A stretch of DNA of 64,000 bases from Phallusia mammillata (GCA_965637545.1 OZ281495.1:4278001-4342000), one strand, 5' to 3'; positions 52,401 to 64,000 are shown, counted from the stretch's first letter. The notes: generated from the sequence alone by a model not told the origin. Translations and numbers: made by a program.

Positions 52401-53671
52401 TGGTTGATGTAATTTAAACTAAAAAAAAAAATTAAAAAAATAACGAAAACCCGTACTTGGCCTCACAATTTGTTTTTAATGTTATTATTCGATCTTTTTA
52501 GAGTCAGCGCAACGTATCCCTTTCATACAAAGCTTGCCGTCAACAGGTTAGTGATGGGTCAAATAAGAAACGAAACAAAAGCAAAGAACAAAACGTCGCA
52601 CAAAATAGATTTACAGCAACGAATCGACCGTGTTTGATTTATTTCTTTTTAGTCTTCTTGCATCGGATTTACAATCTACTGCAGATTCAGTGTGTTTGGT
52701 TGGCGATCCCGGCACCCGACAAGTTGTAAGTAAGGAGAAAAAATTGTCACCAACATCAACCAAAAACAAAAAACTTGGAGAAGATCAAATTACAACAGAA
52801 GACACGCATGTGTTAGGCCAAACAGACAGCGTCCCCTCTACACAAACTGCAACAGCAGGTGGGCAGTTGAAGTAAAATAATAAAAAATCACACACATGTT
52901 CAGGAACAAACGATTGCATCACTTGTAAAAAATATGTCTATTCATGACGCCCATCTACGAAAAAATTCGACATTGAAAAAATAATCGTCATTGACATAAA
53001 AACAACTATTAAACCGAAGTATCTGTTTGTGCTTCAAAGACACGTGTTTTTTTAGTACATTTGGATGAGAATCTTGGCAAAGATCAACAAACAGGTGTGG
53101 TTAGTATGGAGGCATTGCAAACTAAAGTGGAAACTAATATAAGACATAGGAATAGGAAAAACGCAAGACAACGCCACCAGTTTGACGTTTCACCAAACAA
53201 CATTTGCTCGTCAGCAGGTTAGTAGTAAAAGTTGAATCAATAACGAACCTCTGGAAACGCTGCTTGTAAATAGTTGTTGCTTATTATTTTGAAAAATATA
53301 TGAACTGATTACCGCGTTAATAGTTTTTTAGCCAAATTAATGCACAACTGTTTTTGGTGTAATTACATATGTTCAGATAATTGCACATTTGGAATGTTTA
53401 GATGGGACACCCAGCATCAGCAGAAAACAAAACAGCAAACGGCAAACAAAGACGAAGGGAAATGAAAAACACAGCAGGAAAAGTAATACAACACAGAACA
53501 AACGGGCCAAAGCGAAGGGAAATAAAAATTCCTCATTACACACCCCGTCAGCAAGTTAGTGAAAATCGTCATTAAAACACAATAACATTCGTGCACAAAG
53601 GGCAGTGACTGATTTCAGTAAACATGCTGTGGATTTGCGCTGGTTTGGGTAGTTTTATGGCCACGATTTAA
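49496..53671 (+). pseudogene. K6: kinase paralog with a single nonsense codon and seven linker exons
   Basis: Probable start ATG GGG| at 49496-49501; exon 49814-49986 (IGYGGFSSV, VAVK); exon 50331-51325 (HGDLKCNN, IADFG, APE) with in-frame TAA at 50848-50850. Open phase-1 exons 51510-51674, 51901-51999, 52167-52265, 52502-52546, 52685-52858, 53056-53217, 53402-53554; hydrophobic end 53619-53671 (INMLWICAGLGSFMATI*). Confidence 0.8.
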
Positions 53672-54695
53672 AGGTCTTTCTGTACTAGTACCTAGCCAAC
53701 GGCAAACCTAGTAAACTTTGTATTAAGGGTTCTGCACAATTGTGCACTATTAATAAACAGCACAGTCACAGACTGACAGAAAAAAAACTAACTTAAATAT
53801 CTACACACAGTTTAAAAAATAACCGACAAAGTTTAAATAAAAACTATTAATAATTTTTATATATATAAAAAAACTGATTGCAGTATCAACCGTGAGATGG
53901 TCTGTTCTGATCCGGATAACCTTAGTAAGTAACCTTATGTTTCACCCTGCAATGACAATGATTCTAACCGACTGAGTTACTGAATTACAGGTTGCCTTTG
54001 TATTGGTTCTAATATGGATACTTGGTCAACGGGATTAGAATTTGCCTCCATGATGTTTAGTCAAGCAACAGAATTCTGTGAATTACTATGTTTTCAGCCC
54101 TTTTGACAAATGCATCATGTGACATAAAAATAACAACCAATTTCATGTACTTCAATATTGGCCTGTAACAATCGTGAAAGACACGAAGTAATGACGTCAA
54201 AAAGGAAGCACCTAACTGTATCAAAAAGAGTGCAGTGCACCACTGTAGATCCGCGTAGTTCATTTTAACGTTTTAGCATATTTTGTATGGTTCCTGATTA
54301 CGTATTTGGCAAATCCCCGTTTTATAAACATAAACAATTAATAAACAACATAATTGTTCACAATTTTAAAAATTAAAAAGTTAAGAAAATCAGCTTATAA
54401 GCCTGCGAAACAAGTTTTGATTTGCCGAAGATGAAACCTGTTTACTTATAGACTGTTTTAATTTTGCGTCATTAAAAATTCTCGTGTAAAACGTTTGTTT
54501 AATGCTTAAGCATTATTACTTAATTAATAAAAATAACCTTGTGTGCAAAATCAACTGGCAAAAACGAGGATTTAATTTTAAGGTGCCTTGTATTTCTGTG
54601 CAATAGCTTCCTGTTTTTTATCACTTACTTAATTAATAAAAATAACTTTAATTATCTATTGCAAAACGTCCTAACAAAATGACCATGTTCTATTG

Positions 54696-55017
54696 CAGGG
54701 ATGCATAACCTACGGCCGTACGGCCACATGCGGTCTCAGAGAAGAGTTTGCGCGGCCGTGAATATTTTTATTGAAACACATGTACTGGCGGCCGTGACGT
54801 ACCTAAAAAATTTTTGCTAAATACCAGTAGAGGCTGATTGTCAGAATGGGCAGCTAAATCTGTGCGTCAAAGTATAGAAATTAATCCGGACTTTTCTGGT
54901 GTCATTACATTTCTTTACATCAGTAATTTACTAATTTGAAACAAAAATACTTGACAACCGTTAGTAAAATAAAGATCTCCTAAGCAGCCGTCATAGCAAG
55001 AAGGTTGTGCACCCCTG
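54696..55017. mobile_element. hAT-family MITE (same family as 18106-19189)
   Basis: TIRs CAGGGATGCATAACC / GGTTGTGCACCCCTG; TSD TTCTATTG / TTCTAATG. Confidence 0.85.
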
Positions 55018-55448
55018 TTCTAATGCAACTCGAAAAACGACCACATGTGAATATGTGAATATTAGGCTAGCCTATATCATATTTTCTTAGTAGCAAAATG
55101 ACATGTGCTTCTAAAATAGTCCACAGTGTTCGAGGTTGCAGATAAGCCTAAACATGCGCATGTTAACTGGTATTCGAATTTCTATGTAGAAATATGTTAC
55201 TCAAATCGGACCAGAAAATAAACAGCAAACAAACGCAAACGCAACTAAAATAGGAACAGGACTAAAAGTTTAAAACGATATTACACGCTGCTTTAAACTT
55301 TTCAGTCTACAAACGTTTAAAACAAAAGTATGGGCTATCCAAGAGCAATTGAAAATCCCGTTAGGTGGTGTTCACTCATTCGGAACGCGGATGGAAATCA
55401 CAACATGGTACTTTGACGCAAAAATCGGACATCCTGCGTGGTACTGAT

Positions 55449-55684
55449 CCAGTCTGCAGAACATGGCAGTTCCCGACGAGATCTCGCGCGTGCAAGACCT
55501 ACATGTCCCGCGTGCGCGCGTGCACGACCCGTAAGTTCGCGTGCAAGGCCAAGTTCAGCAGGCGCAAAGCAAGCAAAAGAGGTCAAAGCAGTACAATTTT
55601 CGCGTGCAACCCCCCAAAATTGGCGTGCAAAATTTTTTTTTAACAATATAATCGCGCGTGCAGCTGCCACACTCTGCAGACTGG
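55449..55684. mobile_element. GC-rich MITE with 8-bp TSD
   Basis: TIRs CCAGTCTGCAGA / TCTGCAGACTGG; perfect TSD GTACTGAT; internal repeated CGCGTGC motifs. Confidence 0.85.
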
Positions 55685-56377
55685 GTACTGATTACACATA
55701 GAAACTCCAGAAACTCTTTTATGTTTAATATCGGCTCGGTTCGGTAATATCGTTAACTGTTGACAGCTGAAGATATGTTTGTTTTTGATATTCATATGAA
55801 TCTGTGTGATTATGGTTCAAAATTGCAAGCCACGGTGATGACATTCCCCCGGTATGCACTGGTTTGTGGTGAAGTAGTACCAAAACGAACTTCATGAAAG
55901 CATTCAACGAAACAGTCAACAAAAAACTGTTTCAGCAGATTTCCAGATGGAGATTTATATCACTTGTCACCTGCACAGAGACATTTTTTACAACCGAAGT
56001 TCGACTACTTAAGGTATTGCGCAACTCATTGCAACATTTCTTGAATATTTTAGAAGGGCTGGGTTCACGCTGTCCTGCCCAACGTGCGTATACTGGCTGC
56101 GAAATGTCAACGATATTGCGTGTGTTGACTTAGTGATATTTTGATGAACTGTTTAGAACTGGATTTAATGTGATATGATGTTTTACTGTGGTATTCTATC
56201 ACTAAGCAACGTTGACTGTGCCTTTGCTATTTTGTAATTTGGGTTCATTAAAATTAATCATAGTATGTGCTATCTGTCCTGTTTGGAAAGACCTACAAGC
56301 TTAAGGAAGTTACTAAATATTGTGTATTAAAGTCAAACTAAATATTACTCATATCTGTTGTTGAGTTTTGGTTGATT

Positions 56378-59300
56378 ATGTTGACACTGACACTTTTTTT
56401 CTGTGTTCTTACTTGTTTTGTTGGAGTGACTGGTGATGCTAAAGAAAATTTTGGTAAGTCCTGTGCCATTGTATTTAACTCCACCACTTTTGAAAGTATT
56501 ACTTTGGTCATGATAAAAATATGCAGTGAGGTACATATTGTTTTCTGTCTTCAAATTATAACTTTTTCACACAGGTATTGAGTTGGGACCAAATGAGTGC
56601 AAGAATCTTAAACTGCTTCGTACCACCCTTATGTTGGCCATAAATGATCAACCCATTCCCAATGATGAACCAAAGCTGATTGAAGGAATTATCTTTGCTT
56701 TGTAGGTGTACTTTAAAAAAATATATAGATTTAATTCAGTTTGATTAGATTTGTATTCTTGCATTATTCTTAAATATATTGCTAATTAAGATTGCTACTA
56801 TTCTTGAAAAATAAAACAGCATATACTAAATCAGACTTCCATATACATGGACAAAAAAACTTGAGTGATTGTTAGGTTGAGTGGTTAAACTATTTGTTAT
56901 CATGTTGTTATTATTGTTTGCCTTAACTAAAAATTATGAAACAAATGTATTTGTTTTAACTGTTTTCTTGTTGTCGTTTAGCACAAAAAGCAATAAAAAT
57001 CTGCTGATTTGTGTTTCTGAACAAACTGGAAAAATGACATTTAACACATGGAGAATTGATTTCAATGAGAGTGATAAAAAAAGCCGGGACTTTTGAATGT
57101 CACTGTTGATGATGGCCTTTTTTCAACCTCCGGCAAGTGTTTAAAAAAATATAGGTCAAATATGTATATTACTTGCTTGTTCAAGTTGGATACCACTTTG
57201 TAAGGCCTGTACAGCGGGCCACCAGGCTCATTTGGTTTGTGTTTAATAGTGCGTTTTTGTGTGAAAGAAGAAAACGGTATCTTTTAAAAGTCCTAATACA
57301 CTAAATCATTTTGGCAAAGCTCTAGCAATTATGAGTTTGCATGCGCTGTCTCTTTCTGCTGTAGTTGCGCACCTAACCATTTATGTATAAATGTGTTACA
57401 GATGCCAAACTTTTAGACCCTGAAAAGTGCACTATGTTAAACTATGGTAAATCTCTGTCTGTATCTGTGTATATTTCAAACAAGATGTTTACTTGTGATT
57501 GGAAGGCAGGTTCCACAATAACACATGAAGTTGACAATCTAAAGTTTGAATGGTGTGTGTCTTATCTTTCTCTATACATGCACTTATTGTGTGAATAAGT
57601 ACTAAAAAATACTCAAACAAAGATAGAGAAATGGTATAAAAATATACATGTTGTATTGCATTTCTGGTAGTGTCTTTGCTGTAACACCTCATGTTTTATT
57701 ACTTTGAGTAGTTAATTTGTATATTAGTCAACATGGTAATAAGCAAAGACAGTGTAACATTCCTAATTGGCCTTTTTAGTCTAAAGTAACTATTTAAGCT
57801 ATCATATAATGCCACTTATTTTGAAGTATTATCTTACATTAATGTAGATTTTGTTATCAAGCTAATTCTACTATTGCTTGAGTTCATTGAATTGCTTACA
57901 GATTTTGTGCGAGAATTATAACTTTTAGTTAAAATTAAATCATTTTATGAAGATAAAACCTGTAAATAAATAAGACCTAGTTCCACTCCACCAAGTGATT
58001 TTAATAAAAATAACACACAAACAATTAGGACACACAAAACATCTGATATTGTAAGACTGATTATGAAGCATGTTGTTGTTTGTTTTCCAGTTTGAATCTG
58101 ACTTAGTCACAGCTTTTTCCAACTTACTTTTCTAATCATTGTGCTATGATTAGTTTTTTCAAGCGAAAAAAATCAATTACCTAAAACAAACATTAATATT
58201 ATTGTAAAAAGTTTTTTTCTCAATACTTTGAAGTAAAGATGCCAAAAATGCCTGTGAAATTAAATCTATAATTGTTGTTTCAGTTTGAATCAGTCGGTAA
58301 AGTTGTGTCTGATGGAAAACTTTCATGGAAACAAGCATTTCTTTTTGTTTTTAAAGTTTAACGAAAGTGTCAAAACTGAAAAATTCCAAGTACAGAGGAA
58401 AGGTTAGTTTGTTGCATACAAAATATTGAAAATACTACACCATAATTATCTGAGGGTTAAAGCACACTTAGTTATCCAACACATTTGTTTGTTATTGTTT
58501 TTATATTGAAGCCATTGCTTTACCGTTGATTATAAAGCATCAATAATACTTTCTGTCTTATTGTTGCTAGAAAAAAATATGACAAAAACTTTGAGAACCT
58601 CTGATCAAATATTACGTTTAACAAGGGTAATGTTTATTAATCATTACTGTTTAGGCCATGATTTTGGATGGCTCGCTGGGATTGTAGTTGCTGTGGTCTT
58701 TGCAGGTTCTGTGATTGTAGTCTGTGTGAAACGGTGTAAGGTAAGTAAAGTAATGTACGGTTTAAACTCAGGCTGCATCACAGATTTTTTTAAGCAAGTG
58801 TGAGCATAGTTTTTGTATTGTAGAAATACATTTTTTCGCAAATTGTACCAGGGACTTAAACCTTTTTCATTTGCCACTAGTGGTTTCTGTATCCGGTGTG
58901 GGAAACAGTGTTTTAGATCCAAAATTTGTGGATGAAACGGAACTGATATGTGTTACACTTTCGTGAAATATATGTGTAGCATCACAATAGTTAATAGTTG
59001 CTCAACAAAGCAAAAATTGTTAATCTGAGTTGGTCAGTTCTCAGCCAAACAAAAAAAATTACTAAGGCTGAGTTAAGATGATCATAAATTCATAACTGTG
59101 GTCAGCCCTGAATCATCTATGTCTACCAGTGATTATATTCAATCTGGCGATCCCCCTACTATGAAGCTGACATGTGCAGCATACCTGGCAGGCGATGGTG
59201 CTCGTGATTCAACTTTCAGGGGATTCTCCACTGAGCCTGCATAGCTCAGTTGGTCGAGTCCCGGAAAGACTCCTGTCGTGGATTCGAATCCCACCACAGG

Positions 59301-59544
59301 CTAGATTTTTCTAACCTATGTCTACCGAAAAACCGTCTGTTCGCTATGGCGCCTTTGATGTAGCTAGCGTACTGTGATTACTGAGACTGACTGCTTGACC
59401 TTAATTTGCAAGATTATTAAAAGCTAACTAGCTTGTTTATTTTCATAGAACAAAAATAACTCAAAGAAGTCAGCAAGAATGGATGAAGTTAATACCATTT
59501 CACAAATGAAACATGCAGAGCAGGAACAAGCATTTAAAGTTTAA
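56378..59544 (+). CDS. Uncharacterised type I membrane protein (signal peptide, ectodomain exons, TM, short tail); possibly disrupted
   Basis: Signal exon 56378-56453 (MLTLTLFFCVLTCFVGVTG); ectodomain exons from 56575 (GIELGPNECKNL...) and ~57402 (DAKLLDPEKCTML...); TM exon 58655-58740 (GWLAGIVVAVVFAGSVIVVCVKRCK); last exon 59449-59544. Internal exons are incompletely resolved, with an apparent frameshift at the A7 run near 57076. Confidence 0.65.
59235..59310 (+). pseudogene. tRNA pseudogene or SINE head in an intron
   Basis: A box TAGCTCAGTTGG, T-arm GTGGATTCGAATCCCAC, partial acceptor pairing GCCTG/CAGGC, T5 run at 59306-59310; the anticodon arm is ~5 nt too short. Confidence 0.6.
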
Positions 59545-61717
59545 ATTGTGTTTGGCAGTTTTCTTCAGTACAAAGTGAAGTTGTGCAATTTGTATGGACG
59601 GGTCGGGCTGGGCCAAAACCAGATTACTTGGTATCAAGCATGCTGTTTTCAATGCTCAGTGCTTGGGCGAGTAGTTGCACAAACTGCATAGAGTATTACT
59701 TATTCATATCCATGCCCCACATATGAAACCAGTGTTCGAAAGCTAATAAAAAACAACTGTTTTAATAAATGTGCTAGTTGATGGGACACTCAACCTTCTG
59801 GGGTCTGTAAACTTAGTACTTGATGGTGACGAAGGGATCTTGGAAAGCTACAAAACTAGCATGGATTTTGAAATGTTTGTGATGACGCAATGCACTGAGC
59901 ATTAGCATGAGATACTGGGTAAGCAAACAGAACATTTGCAGTTTTAGCAACTCCCTAGCAATTTGTACTTTATTTTTATTCCTCTTCAATCTTTACTGAC
60001 GTTTTACCTTCTTACAAATCTACTCCACTGTCCTCTCGCAATCCAGTATTATACCGATAAAACATTCTTCCTTATTTTAAAAAATGTGTAGCTGTGTTGT
60101 GCCTCTTTTGCGGCTCTCTTGTTTACTTGTCATATTTGATGTGTTTGACATTTGTTTACCCAATCTCATGGCACTAAATTTTAATAGACTTCATTATTAT
60201 AAAACAATATCTTTTAGGTGAGTCCAGTTTACAGTCAGGGAGTACAAAGCATAAATGCAGAAAGGACAAGACGTAAAGAAAGAAGTACAATTTTGTGGAA
60301 TTACAGTTTAACAATTTTTTTAAGGGTTTAAAAATGTGCAAACAATCTGACAATTTCACTTCAGAATTTTGTATTCGGTAGTTCAGTTTTGTAAACCTTT
60401 ATCAGACATTGCAGACCTGCATTTCAGTGCAGCTGGCGATAGGTCGTATTAACCAGTGTAGACAGTTATTTAAAACCCATATGTGACTGAACATAGGAAG
60501 TGGTTCAAGTATTATTGTTTCCCTTATTAAGTTTAATACGATCTGAAGCAAAACTACAGAAATTGTAACGTGACAAATTCGGGGTAAGTTATTGTTGTAA
60601 AAATATACATCTGAGAGAAATAATTTATAACCACTGTTAAAAAACGACTTGAAAAGGTGTCTTTAATACACACAGAATAAAACATCACCACTAAACGTAA
60701 ATTTACCGTTAGGGGATTTACCATATGGTAGTTTTTACTGTTTTGTGACTTAAAAATCGTAGGGTGTTTCAAATCGTACGTAATATGTTTGAGTACAAAT
60801 TGACTCTGGCGAAACCGACCAACACAATATAATTCCAACCTGTTAGTGAAAATGTCAAAAGTTACTGACATAAATGCCAACAATACGATGTCTATTATTC
60901 GCACAGTAGGTAATATGGTTTTCATGACGCCAGCATTGTTATTGACAAAACAGGAACCAAATGTAAAATGATCTCAATACAGGAACTAGTCTATGCCTTT
61001 AGATTGTCAGCGTTTGTAATTAATATTTAAAGCCAGCAAGTAAAGTCTTCTTGCCAGACAAACGAGTAAACTTAAGATGGGTTTGTTTTTATTTCGCTTG
61101 ACTGGCATTCAATGCTAGCCTTGCGTGTTTTTCAAACTCAGTCACTGCCAGCATTGTATGTTATTCCATCTTACTGCTGTTTCAGACCCAGCAGTTGGTA
61201 TGTCGAGTTTTTTTAGTAAAAGTTGGAATAGCAAATCAATCGCTGGATCAGGGTTGAACGTACAGAAGTATTTAACCGGCAGTGTAGTAGTAGTTAGATC
61301 ATTACAAGGTGTTATATGGCGGGAATAAAGTAAATGCAAATGCAAGGCTAAGTTACCAGGGGCATATCTAAACTATTGTTAGCAGATTTCGGTTTCAAAC
61401 CCCAACTTTTGAGAACAGAAACCCGATGAGGCGCAAATAATATTAATTTAGTACAATTGATTGAAAAGAGCGCCGACGTTTAGCCAACCTTAATGTACAG
61501 CTACGACTGAGATATTAAAGGAAGGGACACTCTAACCTTGTTGGTTACTACAAAACGGTTATTCATTTGAATTTTTTTGATTTGACTGTTACATACGACT
61601 AGTAAGTTACCTTTAAATATTTTCACGTTAACAGGCATCACATATTCTTAGACATTTGAAATGGTTATGCATTTTACAGGATGAGAAAATCATAATGAAC
61701 AGACAACAGAGTTAAAC

Positions 61718-63978
61718 ATGGAGGTAAATATAAAACAAAAACACCGTTATTTTTTATAGCTCTGCTTTGTTTGTTGGTCTGCTAACACAAGATAACAAAT
61801 ATTAACTCAACTCGTTGCAAATCAATTGAATTAATAATAGTTTGGTGCTTTACCCCGGTTGAATTAATTTGTACTTAAAACATATCTAGAACATCACAGG
61901 TCCATTACAGAAGTCATGAACGTAAGGTCACTACTTCACATAGCCAACGGTATAAAATCCGTTCAACTTTCATAAATTTAAATATGAAAGATGAAACATA
62001 ATTCTTGCCATCAGTTGCTAAACGGTGGTAAATGGTAAAGAGTGCTTAATGTCAAAAATACCTAGTTATAGACCTATTCGAGCTGTGTTATATTACATTG
62101 TATTTTAAATTGGCTACTAAACTAAACATATTACTTTTGCGTGCAGGAGTTTGAGAGCTGCCAACCTCATAATATATGTTGTTATGCCGGCAATCGAGGT
62201 TTACTCGGCAAAGGAAAATTTGGTTTTGTCCGACTCGGGCAAATGAACGGCAAAGATGTTGCACTGAAATGTTTTAACCTGAAATCAAGACCATTAGGAG
62301 TTTTACTAACACCAGAAAAGTACGTGGGTTTGTTTTGTAATTTAACCCGTAGTTTGAAATGTGGGCAGAACACGGAAGTACGTCAAACCGCAGATAAACT
62401 GTGGCTAGAGTGTGCTGTGCTGACAATAAATACTACGCCATGCGAAATACAATGACCAAATAGACCTACTATGTGGCAGCCTGCAATGAAACGTCCCACC
62501 GAAGGCTTGTACCTCATTAGTGATGAAGTATGCCACTTTTTAGGTCATAATAAGGAATTGCATTATTCATTAGTTTATAGTTATATGAACCATGGTATGA
62601 CTTATTGGTCAATAGGATCATGTCTATAACCCCCATGCGTCCTAGTGTACAATTGCTATGTATAACTAAGCAGCATTGCCTTAATTTTCAGAATTTCAAA
62701 TGAGTTCGAGTTGCTTTCCATGACACACCACGAAAACGTTGTAAAAACATTCGGGTTAACGCAATGGAATGAAAACAATTGGATGGCGATTGTGACGGAA
62801 TATTTGCCCTGCGGTGATCTTGCAAGGATTTTGTATGGCACAAGAGATGATAAAAGCAAAAATTATGACATCAGCTTTCCTTTGCAAGTACGACTAATTT
62901 ATGACGTTACCAAGGGGGTGGAGCATTTACACAATCTTTCGGGAGGAGGTCACGTGGTTCACGCAGACTTGTTATGTAACAACATTTTACTGACCGACAA
63001 TCTTACATGTAAAATTGCTGATTTCGGCAGCGCATGTTATTTCAGTGATGATAAGCAAGAAAACGGAAAGAAAGTCCCATTTCCAGTCAGTTTCTCTGCC
63101 CCTGAGCTTGTCAGTGACATGGCATTCCCGAGCAAGCAGACAGACGTCCACAGCGTAGGTACGGTTATCCAGGCTGTGCTCTACCGGTTTCGGCCATTTT
63201 CACATATTTTGTATGGCCCTCCAGTTAGTCGCGAGGAAGCTAATGCCGTAGTTTTAAACAATGCACCATTTCCTGATGATGAACGTGCGCTTATCCGTAG
63301 TAAAGCCAAACAACAGGGATACACGGATTTGTTTACTACGATTGAAGCAGAGGGAAATAGATGTCGAAGTCAAAGGCCAAATGACCGCCCACAGATTACT
63401 GATGTCCGTGAAAAATTTTGCTGTCTACTTAAAAAACACTACCCTACAGGGGACGAAATCCAAACCATTGTGAAGTTGGTAAATTTTCAAGGAACTTCAG
63501 ATGAAACTAAACTCGCTCCACTTTCAAAATTTTGTCCGGAAGATGGAGGTTTACTTCCAAATCGAAATGGTAAGCAACAACCACAAATTAAGAGAAAAGG
63601 AACGAAAAGCAATGGAGTGTGTAGGAAGCGAGTAGCAAGTCATACCAACGAGTCTATATCTTCTAAAACATCGTCGACAGGTAGGTGTCAAACAGTCAGC
63701 AATAAATCAGGGGCCTAATCTTTGACAATATCGTCCATATTTTAATAAGATTGTCCCCATTGACTAAGAAAGTCACTACAAACTGTGTGGTTTCATTGAA
63801 TTTAAAGTTAGTTTCATGCCTCTTTTCGAAATACATGACACACAAAAAAGTATAAGCAGCATGGAACTTTTGTCAGGTCAGGAGGAGATAAATGACAGAC
63901 ACAGAAGAATTACAAGGCAAAACCAACAAAGGAAACAACCAGCAGACAACACATCTACCTTACATACCTTGTCAGCAG
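61718..63978 (+). CDS. K7: RIPK-like kinase with variant catalytic loop; 3' end runs off the window
   Basis: Probable start ATG GAG| at 61718-61723; exon 62147-62319 (LGKGKFGFV, VALK); exon 62692-63680 (HADLLCNN, IADFG, SAPE); linker exon 63877-63978. Confidence 0.85.
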
Positions 63979-64000
63979 GTCAGTAAAAAACAATACCAGG

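Noticed and set aside
55365-55701. Arg/Ala-rich ORFs on both strands
   Set aside because: Arise from the GC-rich MITE 55449-55684.
59181-59215. TACCTGGCAGG matching the U1 snRNA 5' end
   Set aside because: Only an 11-nt match; no 70K-binding loop, U1A loop or Sm site follows.
60554-61345. ORFs of 123 aa and 67 aa upstream of K7 (one ending WNNIQCW like a Sushi exon)
   Set aside because: No usable acceptor, no consistent Cys pattern and no paralog in the window.
19770-63978. RHIM, death or CARD domains on the RIPK-like kinases
   Set aside because: No (I/V)Q(I/V/L)G core or helical-bundle exon was found in any reconstructed tail; the K7 3' end is outside the window.
1-64000. CRISPR arrays, prokaryotic operons, rRNA or intact tRNA genes
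   Set aside because: None seen; the DNA is intron-containing eukaryotic sequence and the short tandem repeats have only two copies.

Overview
AT-rich eukaryotic (metazoan) genomic DNA with compact GT-AG introns. A tunicate-like source is my inference from composition, intron size and repeats; it is not demonstrated. Most listed six-frame ORFs are noise, and the real genes appear only when exons are spliced by hand. The left ~17 kb holds receptor-type genes: the 3' end of a + strand gene whose tail is built from repeated phase-1 exons carrying NPxY and YAxV motifs, two decayed TNF-domain-like copies, a small signal peptide/CCP-like/TM gene, and a - strand CCP + 5-6 Ig + TM receptor with the same NPxY tail modules. 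From 19.7 kb to the window end lies a tandem array of RIPK-like non-RD TKL kinases: K1, K3, K4, K5 and K7 have open kinase exons, K6 has one nonsense codon, K2 is a pseudogene, and there are three orphan fragments. K1, K3, K4 and K5 each splice onto a two-exon C-terminal hydrophobic helix, which predicts tail-anchored kinases with no death, CARD, RHIM or ankyrin domain seen. Embedded in the array are an intact 7-exon cytosolic sulfotransferase and an orphan type I membrane protein gene. Repeats include hAT-type MITEs with 8-bp TSDs (one nested), tRNA-derived SINEs, a Penelope-like RT remnant and a 497-bp hairpin. All gene models are manual splice reconstructions without transcript support.
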